Origin: Macrostomum lignano
Taxonomy: Eukaryota
DNA: 64,000 bases
Assembly: GCA_002269645.1 (NCBI GenBank)
Contig: NIVC01002379.1
Location: forward strand, 115,441-179,440
Reading direction: 5' to 3'
A program made the translations under genes and the position numbers. The notes beneath the pieces were generated by a model. It saw only the letters and a program-made list of their open reading frames with translations, ran no database searches and had not been told where the DNA came from. This document shows positions 1 to 13,423 of the stretch, piece by piece; position 1 is the first letter of the stretch, and each line of letters starts with the position of its first letter.

Positions 1-608
1 ATTTGCATTCATCAGAAAGAGCATGCTTAAGCATAGATGAAATCATGGATAATCTGCAACAACTGGAGCCCTGCATAAATTGGCCCCTAATCTGCATAGG
101 TTTTGCAGAAACTATAAATAGCTACCCGGAAGCATTCATACTGTCTATACTTCCCTTCTTCATCAACAAATTCCAAGTGCAATTGCTCAAAACTACGAAA
201 CTACGAATAGCAATACCAACGACATATGACTAAGAATGATAGTAAATAAGCTTCTGCACTTTTAGAGCGCAACAGTAGGTAAATAAATGCAATAAAAACC
301 AACTATCCAACAGTTTCGGAAGCATTAATACAAAGCCAAAAGAAATTAGACGCATTGCACTTAACCAGAAAGATTACTTAGAATTTGTCAGTTCTTCGCT
401 CTCGCTACTGCAACGCGGTAAACGTACTTTTCAATCAGATGGCTTGTTCACATCGACATCAAATGAGGCGAAATTTCGAGTGATGGCGCGACTTGCATTT
501 TCATTCTTTATTACTCTGAACATTAGTCGTGCGAGTTGACGGCTCATTTGACGGCAGTGTAAATGAGTCTTTAAAGACTGCGAAAAAACGTAGCTGCATA
601 CCCGAGCT

Positions 609-2094
609 TCAGCAGTAGGGATAGCCAGTCAGTGCCGCTTTGTCCCCGGTGTACGCAAGTCGACTCTGTCGTTGCAGCTCATTAATACCGGCGTCTCCAA
701 GCCGCCGACAGTCCATGGGACCGATGCTGAACGCTGGTGACCAGCGGTTAGCCAGAAACGTGAAGTCGTTCCCGGAGGCGGCGGCGGCATCGCCTCGTTC
801 AAGCGCCCGACAGCGTCTCCGGATGAACTTGCTGAGACTGCGGAACACGCGAAGCTCTGTACGAAATGAGGGACCTTCTTGGGCCACGCGTCTCCAGAAG
901 CTGGCGTTGGCTGCCTGGTAGAGTTTGTAGTCAACGGGACTCCAGGCCTGGTGAACTCGCATTAAGTCGGGACGTTGGGCAGCCATCATGCGGGGATAGC
1001 GACCAATATTTCGCGACACAAATAAAATGTCCTTGAAACTCCAGTTCATCAGGCGTTTCAAAAGCACAAGCGAATGCATGAAATAATCTGTGATGAGGAT
1101 CAGATCGAAATCGGCTATGATGCTGGCAACAAATTTATCAGCATCTTGGCCTTCAACGTAACCAAGGATGCGTGACATTGTATTCTTAGTCAGGCTATAG
1201 TTGTCCGGCACGCAGTAGCGCTTTGCAGCCCGGCGTGGTGATTGGTACTCTCTGTCGTAGCGCGGCAGGTCGCTCAGGTACGTCTCAAAAGCATCTGGCC
1301 GCCCACCTAGCCCTGTTAGGTGTTAGGAATATTTATTTGTATGGCTGGAAGATTATTTGTTAATCAAATAAATATATCAAACCTGATATCTCCGCCATAT
1401 TGTAATAGGCAAACAGGGATTGAAGCTGCCGGAATGGCTCCCTCAGGCTAGTGATGTACACACAGGGCTTGGCCATGAGGCCATCGAGGAAGGTGCGGTT
1501 GTACACGCACTGGTCCAGCAGTACGCTAGGATGGGAGACACCCGAAGGCAGAACGATGTACTCCTGACGCAGAGGGTTCGGCCAGCCCAAATAGATTTTT
1601 TTGGGCAGCGGCATTGCGAAGCTGAGATGCCGAGACAGCCCGAATCTGCGCAGCATCGAAGTAATCGTTTCGCTAGCCGACTTAATCACCTTCAAGTAGA
1701 CGAAGCTCTGCCGTTCTACACCTCGCCGGCGTTTGTTTTTTGAGCCTTCAACGTCGCCGGCAGCATCGTCTTCCTCGGAGTCCGGCAGCAGCAGCGGGGG
1801 CGGGGGCGGCCGTGGCTGTAGCTGCGCTCTGAGTGCCGCACCGAGGAACCGCCACATGCGGCTACCAACACTGTTACCGCCGCCGTTGTTGTGGTCGACA
1901 GCGTCGTGAACTTCACCATAACCGTGCGCTGAATCGTCTGGCTGGTTGCCAAACCAAGTGGCTGCGGTGGCTAGCAGCCATAGGCCGGCCAGCAGAAGGA
2001 GGCTGCGGATGGCGAGCCGTTTTACGGCGGCCGGATGAACGCAGCAGCGCATGTTGAGACGGCCTGAACGCAGGACGTCTGTGGATGGATACAT
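609..2094 (-). CDS. Galactose-3-O-sulfotransferase family (GAL3ST-like) type II Golgi membrane protein, 2 exons, 471 aa
   Basis: Exons 2094-1383 and 1312-609, with a 70-bp GT..AG intron (GTTTGA...CTAACAG) joining in frame: MAEIS|GLGGRPDAFETY...YCVPDNYS. N-terminal TM, 5'-PSB-like FVYLKVIKSASET, 3'-PB-like YITSLREPF, and C-terminal FDLILITDYF..SLVLLKRLMNW / DYKLYQAAN..FW typical of the family. Confidence 0.88.
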
Positions 2095-3023
2095 GCGATT
2101 TCCTTGCTCAAACCCATATAAGAACTTTCAGTCTGTAACCTTAGATTTAGAATTCAGTCATTAAAACAAATGTTTTATAGAGTCAATAAGCAGACCTAGT
2201 TTCACTTCAAAGTGCTATGCTATATAAAGTATGTGGAGCCGTTTCTCTTCGAGAAATCTATTGTTATTGTTGTGCACCTCAGGTAAGCCTAAAACAGACT
2301 ACTGCACGAACTCTACATGGACAATATATGCAAGCATTGGCAGGCACCTATTGGTTTTAGTCCCGAATCAAACTTCATTGGATAACTTGTCGGGAACCTT
2401 GCCGACGTATAAAATATGTAGCCTTGAAATATGACTTATAATGGTGATTAACTGAGCTAGGACTAGTAAAATATTCGAGGGTTCAATCAGATTCAACAAG
2501 TCACGTAGTAATAGCCCATAAATCAAGCGACCAATATCATTCTGTTACTAGCACTTCTGAGCACTTACCGAGATCGACGCACAAAAATTTACACGCATAA
2601 ATCAACGAGCCTGTGCCTATTTAGCAAGCTATAGCAAAATATGCTGCTCCTGCTGTTTAGTCTTTGCATTCCATAAAGTCAAACCGCTGAATCTGTCCGC
2701 GCTTAATCTAGTTGAGAGTGGTAGCCTGCCACACACGCACACGTGGCTCCTTACGTATGCTACGCACGTACGTACTACGTGCCTATTTGTGGGCGGGTGT
2801 GTATGACTACTCCAAGCTTCTCTGGTCCTGCAAGTACTCCAGCTCAATAGTGTACTTCGAAGTACACTCCAGGCATTGTCCGGACAGGAGAGAAATTTGA
2901 GCTCACCATACTGTACACTGAGGTCAATACGTTGCAGAATGTAGTGAATACTTGAGTATAGGGAGTGAACGGGCTTTTAACAGCGTCGGATTGCACGCTA
3001 GTTTTGTTTCTTTCGCTTTGATT

Positions 3024-3139
<116 letters not shown>

Positions 3140-4744
3140 CTCCTCAGTGGCTTTCTAATTCTATGATCTGTGCTGACGTGTTGATACGAGCGTGTTAATA
3201 CATAATCCTCATCCTCTATCCATTTAATAAATTATATTGTTGTGGCAGTCGCACAAATGACCAAATCCTTCAATTGAATTAATAATTTATTTTGTAGCCG
3301 AAATCGACATTCAGTGAAGCTTGAATTTGAATGGTGCATTGGCACTGCAATAAGGCATTGCTAGAGGCATCACTGTTTCATTCCCATGAAGCAATCATTT
3401 CATCATTGACGGTCCGTCGGGTGCTCCAGAGCAACAAGCCTTGACAAGAGAGCTCTTCACAGATGCCTCTTGTCTCTCTGTATGTCTCTTAGACTGTACA
3501 GGGGTAAATTGACATAAAGTACAATTTTTTCAGCTTAAACAGGCACTAAAGCAGCCTTAGGAGATTCGGGACAGAGGGCGGAAGAAATGAAAAGGCGTGT
3601 AGGGATGGGCCAGCTGAGGCCGGGCGACTCTCCGCTTGCTGGCTTCAGTTTCTCTGACTTCGCTGCGGAGAAGCTGGAGAACCTATGCCTGCACACAGGC
3701 GCAAATCACCATCGGTAACAAGCGGCAAATAATAATTGGCCAGCGGACAGGAAACTGTACCGCTAATGGAGATGAACCGTCTCGCTCTCTCCGATGTCTT
3801 TTTCCTGAGGGAGGGGGGGGGTAAACCTAGGGAAGCGGTGGCAATATCGATTGGGACCTCCGGCGAAGCGATAATATAGTTAGAAACAGTTAGAAAGAGA
3901 AGCGCGATAGTTCTTAGCTAACCTGTGCTATTTTGGCTGTGGAGACGCGGAAACTTTAAAGTTGCTATGCGGCTGTTTTGAATTCGATAATATAGATCAT
4001 GTAGAAATGTGCAGCTTAGGCTACTGGTGCACTTTAGAAAGGTAATTTTACGTCAAAATACAGGCTTTTTTGGTTTGGTGTGCTTCTATCTCCTGTGAGT
4101 AAGTTCTACTTACTTACTTGACTCAGCTGCAGGGGTTCCGGGCAACCGGATACAGCGGGGAGGCGTCGCCCCCCATTTCGCTAACCCTCTGGCAATGTGA
4201 GTAAGATATTCGCTAATTACCTTAATCCTTATCTCAGGTGGCACGACATAGTAAAAAGATGCTGATTGTTGTCTCAAAAATACAACGCCTGTATCGGTCT
4301 ATGGGATACTGAAAAGCAGCAAAGCGTCTGCATGGTCGTGTCCTATTCGACGAAGATACAAAAACACTTTGGGATTAAAAATCATTTATTTTTTGCCTGT
4401 CTCAGGTGCTCATAGCAGCCCAGGCTTAAGATCCTGGGTAAGCGGCTTATGCACATCGGTAGCTCAATCTCTTGATTGCCCGAACGTGCTTAAGTACAGA
4501 ATTAGCACCTTTAAATCCTGTCCCGTTAGCCTCTTTTTGCTCGCTATTGGGTTGACACAACTAAGGCTTGAATACATCAAAGAAACGAAAAACATCTCTA
4601 TAAAGCCTATGCTTATAGCAGCCAATGAGAGCCGCGCAAAGTCAGATAGGATATAAATCCGGGTCCTTTGCTGTTCCTGTGAACACTGACAGCAGAAAGG
4701 CTCTGTAGCGATCCCAACAGACGTAAGCTCGTAAGATCTACAGA

Positions 4745-6025
4745 ATGATTCCTCCTCTTTGTAACCATTAGTCTCTGCGTCCAAATGGGTCTCTGCCTGG
4801 GCGCCTGTTGGCACGGGAAATCCGATCGACAGTCTCGGGCTGATGACGGAGGCTGCTGCAGCGATGCAAAGCTGCGACAATTTCGTCAACTGGAACCGGT
4901 TTCGCCAGGACTCACAGCCGATGAGAAGAGTATCGGGTAAGCATCAGCATCCTGGAGTTGATCAAATTAACTCTCACTAGCTACGGCGGCTCATGCCATA
5001 TCTAGTATGGTTCCATTCAGTTGGGAACCCGATTTGTAGATGCTAAATAGGATTCCAATGGCTGTTTTTCAGCTCTCGAGAGTTAAGTACATGTATGAAC
5101 ACAGCATTAAAAGCAGTGCATTATCGTCCGCTTCTCTGAACCCCCATTTACCTCTTATAGACTGCAAGTAAGTATCATAAATTTTAAATGAAGCCCTTAG
5201 TAAAAGGCTAAACACTTCTGTGTTGCTGGCTGCCTTTCCCTGTTCTAAACTGCCTACACTCGAATTATGCGTTTCAAATACCATCTGTACACTGAAAATA
5301 GTAAACTAGCAATCACTTATATGCATGCTACTCTATATGAATGGTTTCTCTAAACATAGATCTCCCCAAAACGGCTGGGAGCTAACGGAATATAAATGAA
5401 AAGGTTAGGGACTAAAGAACTCCATGAGGATGCTATAGGGACTATAGAACTCGATGAGAAAGAAGGTTAGGGACTAAAGAACTCCATGAGAAGACTATGA
5501 TGACTAAAAAACTTCATGAGAAGGTTATAGGGACTATAGAACTCGATGAGAAAACTAAGTAGGGACTAGCAAACTTGATGAGAAAGAAGGTTAGGGACTA
5601 AAGAACTCCACGAGAAGGCTATGGGGAATATAGAACTTCATCAGAAGATTATAGGGACTTTAAAACTCGATGGGCATAGTTAATTCATTGTGCTTTAATA
5701 TCCGTACAATTTATTTTAGTACCTTTAAACAGTGCCTATTGTGCAGTCAATGATAGTAGTACATGAATACAAGCTAACAATCAGATACTTTTCCTGTCAA
5801 CAATGGAACTATTTAATAAACGATCAAATTAACAAACATCAATAACAGTTTTGTACTCTCATTAACAGGTCAACGCTAGTCGAGCAGTCAGCAATGCAAT
5901 TGAGGCAACTGCAGCGACCCTCCAGCAGTGACGATGCTTCAAGGAAGCTGCAAAAACGGACGATGCTCTACGGCCTGAGGTCGATGCGTCCAGTTGACGA
6001 AGAGCCCGACGAGCAATTGAAATAG
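4745..6025 (+). CDS. Candidate small secreted prepropeptide, 2 exons; needs a 1-nt indel near 4748
   Basis: Frame open 4749-4936, donor GTAAGC at 4937, acceptor TTAACAG at 5868, in-frame second exon 5869-6025. The hydrophobic start FLLFVTISLCVQMGLCLGA is 1 nt out of frame with ATG 4745. Contains KR-TMLYGLR. A competing antisense ORF (4464-4889) exists. Confidence 0.3.
5401..5672. repeat. Degenerate minisatellite, about 9 units of 28-36 bp (AAGGTTAGGGACTAAAGAACTCCATGAG and variants)
   Basis: Variant units read directly. Confidence 0.85.
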
Positions 6026-6584
6026 AAGGATGCTACGGTTTACGCTTCAAAATGCTGTCGGTAGACTGAACTGTCTCAGATCTGACCTTCTGAACTTTCA
6101 ATTTGCAAATTAAGCGAGTGCTTGGTTTCTTAGATGCTGATGCACATGCTTTCTGCTATTTTTGGCCTGTTCCAGAGAATTTTCGATTGTCAAACACGTA
6201 CCACCCAACAACCAAACGGTCGTTGAGACTTCTAGCTCAAAGTCATTTAAATCACCAATCTCAAATATTTTTGCTTAAATTAGTCATCTATACTGGCTGA
6301 TCCCAAAGTAAGATTGGCATTCAGCTTTGAGTGCGTAAGTGTCTTAGCTAGGAGTTCTCGTACATAAGTTTTAGTCTTTTCTTGACGCACTTGTGGCAGG
6401 ACAGTTTTGTACCAATCTCATTGTAATATTGGGAAGGTTTTTAGCCATAGAAAATTATTTATTGTAAGCTCTTTTGTTTCTTTTTGTTAGAACTTGAAGA
6501 ATTGGGGGACTAGAATAAAATTCAAACAGGTTGAATCACAACCACGTCCATCCACACAGGCTACGAGCGTTTATTATGACAAGG

Positions 6585-6716
6585 GGGTTGTAGCCTAATG
6601 GGTGGAGCGTCGGACTTACGACTGAAAGGTCGGGAGTTCGATTTTGGACCCAGTGGCCTTGAATTTGTGGCCTTGAGCAAGACACTTAACTCTGCATTGC
6701 TTCAGTTCGCCCAGCT
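6585..6716 (+). mobile_element. tRNA-derived SINE with CORE-like domain, 3'-truncated
   Basis: A-box TAGCCTAATGG, B-box-like GGAGTTCGATT, then GGCCTTGAGCAAGACACTTAAC resembling the MIR/CORE domain. A second copy lies at 53740-53969. Confidence 0.75.
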
Positions 6717-9179
6717 TGGAAAAGTAATTTCTAAAGCTTCATTTTTAGCTAATTGATTTTGCGCTTCAACAGTAATCAAGAATCGATGGCTGGAACAACC
6801 GGCAATTAAAAAGGACAATTTTCTGATGTCGAAAAATTACGACCCCTCTAGCATTATAAGAAAGTGTTTCAAGTATTGATACGCAAGCTCACGAATCGGC
6901 ACGATAAAAAGGTACTTGTTTTCATGGTTTCTTTTCCATCTGCAAAGACTGCTTGATGGATAACCCATAGGCCGTTAACTCATCTGCTTCGATTGTCGTC
7001 TCAATAGCCAGATGAAAGTGTCCGCTTCAGAGACCTAATCGGCATGCCTTCTGATTCATGAAACCAGCTTTCAGTGAAAGCCTTAGCTTCTTCAGCTATC
7101 CAAAAGTTTTTATTCTATTCTATTCATTTCTTTGTGCCGTCGCTTCCCTCCTTAAAATGTTCATTTCCGAGGTTTCACCGTTGTAGTGTCGTGTAGCAAA
7201 GCAATCCACGCAGTTTTATTGCATTGTAAGCCGTGCTGTAGGCCCTAATTGTTCGCATTTTCCTATCACGCTATCCCAACAACGGGTACACGCATGGCTC
7301 AGAAAAACGAGCCACTCGACAATCTGTTGCAAACGAAGCAAAGTATTAATTCCAATTTCTTCAATGTAGCAACTACACAGCGTAGACTCCGGATAGACTC
7401 GTAGAAACTCGCAGATTGTAGAAGTTCAGCTTGTATGCGAGTAAATAATGGTTAAGCAATGTAGGTATAAATTGACTATGGTCGAAAAGTAGAAGCCTAG
7501 CCCGAAGATTTTGGGACCGTTTTGTCTTCAGATTAACATAAATACAAGTATTGACTCTCCATGACAGCTCCGCACTCTGATCAGGCAGATTTTCTAACTC
7601 TTCAAAAATAACACCGAGAACTTTCTAAGCTACTTGTAGTAGGGCATCCTGGTTTTAATGGGCAATAAAGCCATATGATCTTTGGTAATAACTATATTGG
7701 ATTTCTGCAACAAATGATTTGTAAGTATGCATCTTCAGTATGGATATAGTTAAAATTACTGGATTTTTGCTTGCAGATATCAAATTAAAGCTAAGTTAAC
7801 TAAAGAATACTGCATAAAAAGTCTAGAAAACATAAATTATAAAAGTAAATTACTTCTCAAAGCAAAAAACATGGAGCACAATAAACAACACTATTCTGAT
7901 CTGGGTGTTTCAAAACACGATCACGTGACAATTGTACACATGTGTGCGCAATGCTCAACATCTTTGAATTTAGTATATTAGTTCGTCGAAGAAGGTAAGT
8001 TTTAAAAAAACGATTGGCTTTTTGCTAATAGAGACGAAGCAGATATGTACTTTTTATGAAAAACGAATGGAAGCACCCGAACAAAGCGTAAAATGATAAT
8101 CTGACTCGCTGAATCGACTATATCAGATGGTCGATCTTAACCTGCATTTTTGCAATGATTTTAACTAAAAAGTGGCGCTAGTTTTCAAGGCTGGGAGTGA
8201 CGAGGATGCGCAGCCAAAGAACTGGTTGAATCCGGAATATCCGGAATAAAAGGATCTTTTTTTCTAGACTTTTACTGCATGAAAGAATCGATTTCACTGT
8301 CCACTTAACTTGGGAAAATTGTGCTGAAATGAGGAAGCACGCGGGTATTCATGTCAGTCTGGGGCTGATGTTGGATTTATTACAAGGTTAAACATTAAAC
8401 AGTTTCTTAATTTCAGTGGAATCTCCCTTACGTGTCTCCAGTCAAACGTGTATTCAGCTCGAAAATAACGCACACTGGACCTCACCGGTAGCTATTCTAT
8501 TTAAATTCTATTGCTTCATTTCGAAATTTGATACCGCACGAGCAGCAGAAGTGAAAATGTGGGGGCGGGATAGAATTTGTGTTCGAAAAGAAAGCTATTT
8601 TCGTCTCGTCTGCTTTATATTGTGTCGCTCATGCTTCAGGTAATGTTCAACATGACACAAATAACGTGTTACGAATAATTTTCTTGTCGAAAAGGGATGC
8701 ACAAATTTATAACCATGTATCAATCGGTGAATCTGGGAAAACAGTTTCAGGTTAACCTCAGGTTATGACTTAAGTGCCGCCCTAAAGCTACATGTAAGGC
8801 TACCGGTAAATCTGGGATAAGTATGATGCCCACAGGGATTCTACCGGAACTGCAATTTGTGAGCCCAGACAAAGTAGGTAAAAAAGGAATCAATTGTTTA
8901 GAAGTCTTACTTAGAATAAAGTCTGCTGCATCATACGCTGGGGCCTTTTGTGCTATTCTTGGCGTGTTCCTTCCAGGCGGGCGTCCTGACAAAAAGCAAA
9001 CTTCTACACGTGCTGCGGAGTGGATTGGAGCTTCCCTGAAAAAAATCAGTTTTGTTATTTTTGTGCCGATGCATGTTATTCAGCTGCAGTTGGCAGACCA
9101 GATCAAGTACGAGTGTATGAAGTTTGTTGTAAAAAACAGACTCTCAATAGATTTATAAACATTTTCCATTCAGTCTTCG

Positions 9180-9619
9180 TACTGAAGGCGGTTGCGTACT
9201 GAAGGCAGTGGCGTATTGAAGACAGTGGCTTTCTGAAGACAGTGGCGTATTGAAGACAGTGGCGTATTGAAGACAGCGGCTTTCTGAAGACAGTGGCGTA
9301 TTGAAGACAGTGGCTTACTGAAGACAGTGGCTTACTGAAGACAGTGGCTTTCTGAAGACAGTGGCTTTCTGAAGACAGTGTGGCGTATTGAAGACAGTGG
9401 CTTTCTGAAGACAGTGGCTTTCTGAAGACAGTGGCTTTCTGAAGACAGTGTGGCGTATTGAAGACAGTGGCTTTCTGAAGACAGTGGCTTACTGAAGACA
9501 GTGGCTTTCTGAAGACAGTGTGGCGTATTGAAGACAGTGGCTTTCTGAAGACAGTGGCTTACTGAAGACGGTGGCTTTCTGAAGACGGTGGCTTTCTGAA
9601 GACAGTGGCGTATTGAAGA
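9180..9619. repeat. Minisatellite, 17-19-bp unit (CTGAAGACAGTGGCTTT / TATTGAAGACAGTGGCG)
   Basis: About 25 tandem variant units. Confidence 0.95.
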
Positions 9620-11014
9620 GGGTGACATACATCGAAATCGCAACTGTCTATCTGGTAGGTGATGCTCCCATATTTTTGTGTCACACCAAATTATCAAGTA
9701 CGCGCCTGATGACTAACTAAGGACTATGGTAGATAGCTAGACAATCAGATTTTCACGATCTTCTATTCCAGCTGGCGTTGATGATGCGTAGCCACTGAAT
9801 CCCTGTCTACATTGGATATCAGCAGGCTACGGGTCCCTGATGCAGGCGCTATGCATAGATTTTTCTCTGCCAGTCTCGGCATGAAATCAGATCTCTGGCC
9901 GTCTTCACGCTTCTGTGATTAGCACACCAGGTCGACTCGTCCTCCAGCTCTCTCACCCTCGTTCCCTCCGTGCCGCTGCAACTATGGAGCTCAAACTATT
10001 CTGATATTAACCATGCAAAGATCAATCAAAATGCTGGCATAGGCTAGTCAATGCAGGCCCAGTAAACAGCAACTTTTTTATCTTTTTCTGGATGTCGTAG
10101 CTTCATGCTTTGGCTTTGATTTGACCACAATGTGATCTAATTATTTCTTCAGGAGCTCAATCAAGGCCTCTTCTCTAGGATCTATAGGACGAAAACAGGC
10201 TGAAATCAAAGATACCTTAGATAGCCGTATTGATACGAAATTTCGATTTCACGATTCCTGATTCTATGCAGCTGATATATTTTAAAGCAAACTTTCCACG
10301 CATCGCATCCCGAAAATGCTCAAAAAACGATTTTTTTCGTGGTTCTTTGGAAACAGCGAGCATCGTATGCCATGAAAGGTTCGACATATCTTATAGTGTA
10401 GAGGGTGCTTTCTAACGGATTGAAGCTGCATAAGTATTGAAATAATTTCAAAAGCGAACTCTGATACTTATGGTAGTGAAGCTCCTGTCAGGAATTCGGG
10501 TCATTCATCACTTGCATGATATGAATAGGCTTGAGAAGGGTCGATCAGCTTTTGAGCTACTGTTATGATCTGATCGAATATGCATGCAATGCTATCTTTA
10601 TTCGAAGAACAGTAATTAAGGAGGGTTGCGTTGGAGGCATGCTTCGACCTAGGAAGTGTATGCATAAAAAGTTGCAGAATCACTGCTCAGTACTAATCTT
10701 GAAGCTATGAATTAATGTTGAGCCGAATCAAATTAGGGAGTCAAGCAATGGCCAATCCCAGTTCAGGTAGAACCTGGTGAGAGACGAATGGAGAGAAAGA
10801 TTATTGGCTGAAAGCGAGAAAGGGAGCCGTCAGATGACAGGGAAGCCTATGTGTGGCAGCGTCTGTGGAAAATAAAAACTCAATTCTGTGCTCAACTGAG
10901 CCTTGGTTACATCCCACGCAAACAGGCTGGAACTTCCGTCCAGAGGCTATACTTTCGAATTCATTGTTTCCGTATTTCATCCGGTAAATTTGCTTGCTGC
11001 TTAAGGCTGCCCTG

Positions 11015-13423
11015 ATGAACTGCCAAACTGGACAAACAGTCTGCGGCTTGCTGCTGCTGACGCTCTGCCTGCCGGTGACTCTGAGCGGAGGTAAGCATCT
11101 CCCGGACCACTAGGCTGTAGCTGTATACTTGAGCGTGTACATAGTGACAGCAGCGCGAGCGTGCCAGCGTTGGGCAGTGGTGCAAGAGTGAACGAACGAT
11201 GCCTGGGCGCTTAGACGGAGATGGCACAGGAGTCTCATCCGGAATGCTTCCGTTCTGTACTGTTGCTATTAATGATAACAGAAACTGTCACTTTCTCAGT
11301 ATCAACCTTACTTTGTAAGTGTATATTAAAACTGTCACCAACTGTCAGTCATCGTTCGAGCGTAAGTATTTTTTACACGAAATCTTGGAAAATCTGCCAA
11401 GGTTAAGTTGCTAGCTTTACTTAAGAATTACGTCATTCAGTGCAGTATAACGGCTTGGTCGATGGGTAAATGATGTTTTATGAGAGCACCGTCAGTACAA
11501 GCGTACAACTTTTTTAGCTTCAGCAATCCTCCCTCCCCAAAGTGACTGCTTTTTCGGGAGTGCCGATATGAGGCTTCGCAACTAACCATTGTTCCGTCTT
11601 CATCGTTCCGTTACTACGATGATTGACTGCCGTCGGCTTCAGAAGCAGATATTCTTGATTTTTTATATGTACATTTTGAATTTCTGTCCCAAATCAACAC
11701 CCACGCTATTCCCGCTTCCTGTTGCATTCCTAATAGTTTCAGATTTTTACCTGGGGAAAATTTCCTATTATAAGCGGGGCTTCTAGATAAATTTGACTTT
11801 TTTATATGATGAAGGGCCATACTAATTGATGCTGGGTGACCAGAATAGTGAGACTCCTTATAACAAGCCAAATTAATTTAGAGAAGAGAACTCGAAAAAT
11901 GTAATTGAATTCATCATTGAGCCTGCGTCATCGAATGACCTCAGTTGCTGTTCACCCGGGACACACCCTTCACAGGGAAGTATCATTATTCCCCGGTCAC
12001 CATTAGAGAGATTAAAAGTTGGCTTGGCTTTGAAGTCCGTGCAAGCTCAGTGAAATAGAGCACGGATTACAGAGAGGAGCGGCAGGACATGCTCGCAATA
12101 ACAGGGTACCCTTCCATGCATATTTTGCCTCTCTTGCCTCTGCATAAGTTAAGATGAAGGTAACGATGGCTGACTCTGATTTGAATAGCAAGATGTCTTC
12201 TGACCTACCGGCATTTAATCAGAATATCTGATGAAGAAAGCAGATTATTTGAATTAATAAATTTCGTTCCAACTTGCAGAGTGTACGCTCGTACGCTCGC
12301 ATAGCGCTGATCCGAGCGGATCTTAGGATTAAAATGGCTGCAGATTGGGATCAATAAACCCGGGATTAACCCCCCCCCAAATTGAATTTTATGCCCGAAC
12401 TAAGGAGGAAAAACCGAATCTGATCCAGTCTGATGCGGAATCTGTCAGCTCAGTAATGAAAATAATATATAAATTAGCTCACAATCTTGCTTTCTCTGGC
12501 TGGGAAGACTTACAAAAACAAGTTTTTTTTCAATACTGCTCTGCCAGGTACATTAGACACCGGAGTTATCTTCAGAGACGAATTCTTCTCGTCTCTGAGT
12601 GCATGCAATCCAATGTGCGGAGTTGCACTAAACTCAGAGAGTCTACAATTAAACAAAAACTGATACATGGTTCGGGACTGTTGCCGGACATGTTGCAACA
12701 AGTGCTCGAACGTGAAGATTTGAGGATGTCAAGTAGATTTATCAGATCTATCGGCACTAATAGTTTCCCAAAATTTTGAAACTCACCTCTTTAGCCTTAC
12801 AGCAATTCAACGTAGGTAGCTTGGCCGATGTTCTAACGTCGCTGGTGAAATGGGTACTTTTGTACAATACATCGATTTTTGGCCGACGTTTGGCCCTTGG
12901 TGCTGGCGCCCCTTGGTGCTGGCGCCCCTTGGTGCTGGCGCCCCTTGGTGCTGGCGCCCCTTGGTGCTGGCGCCCCTTGGTGCTGGCGCCCCTTGGTGCT
13001 GGCGCCCCTTGGTGCTGGCGCCCCTTGGTGCTGGCGCCCCTTGGTGCTGGCGCCCCTTGGTGCTGGCGCCCCTTGGTGCTGGCGCCCCTTGGTGCTGGCG
13101 CCCCTTGGTGCTGGCGCCCCTTGGTGCTGGCGCCCCTTGGTGCACAGGGTTGGTTAATTTGTGAATTTTATCGGGTGATTAATTTGAAATTTTCAGAAGC
13201 TTTGGACCCAGAGGAGCCAGTAGGCAGCATTGAACTCGAAGAGCCGTCATTAACCAATTATGACGCCCTTGATGCCGCCGCCAATGCTGGTGGTGATCGG
13301 GCAGGCGCGGCAGGACCTGTGACGCGGCTTCTGGAGGCGCTGCGAGCTGAACAAAACGTCGGGAGTTTCGAACGGCCAGCCAAGCGTTGCAGGATTAACG
13401 GAGCGGCCTGCATGCTGGGCTGA
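11015..13423 (+). CDS. Allatostatin-C/somatostatin-like neuropeptide precursor, 2 exons, 100 aa
   Basis: Exon 1 11015-11090 encodes signal peptide MNCQTGQTVCGLLLLTLCLPVTLSG, with donor GTAAGC in phase 1. Acceptor TTTTCAG at 13196; exon 2 13197-13423 joins in frame: acidic pro-region, KR, then C-terminal CRINGAACML-G-stop (C-x2-N-x3-C plus amidation Gly). Confidence 0.75.
12894..13143. repeat. 16-bp minisatellite (GGTGCTGGCGCCCCTT) x about 15, intronic
   Basis: Near-perfect tandem units; they explain the LVLAPLGAGAPWCWRP ORFs. Confidence 0.97.

Noticed and set aside
4464-4889. 141-aa minus ORF as a GPCR TM7 (SCVNPI) or tetraspanin TM4 fragment
   Set aside because: No NPxxY Tyr or CCG motif and no clear splice framework; not excluded, but unsupported.
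6585-6660. Functional tRNA gene
   Set aside because: No closable acceptor stem or oligo-T terminator; continues into a CORE-like domain and has a dispersed copy, so it is a SINE.
9180-9619. CRISPR array (also considered for the other arrays)
   Set aside because: Units are contiguous with no unique spacers, there are no cas genes, and the context is eukaryotic.
11930-12210. Degenerate LINE ORF2 C-terminus (HPGHTLH...RLK)
   Set aside because: Multiple stops and frameshifts, and too little motif to call.
12776-13423. 215-aa ORF as one protein
   Set aside because: It reads through an intronic 16-bp array; only 13197-13423 has an acceptor and coherent protein features.
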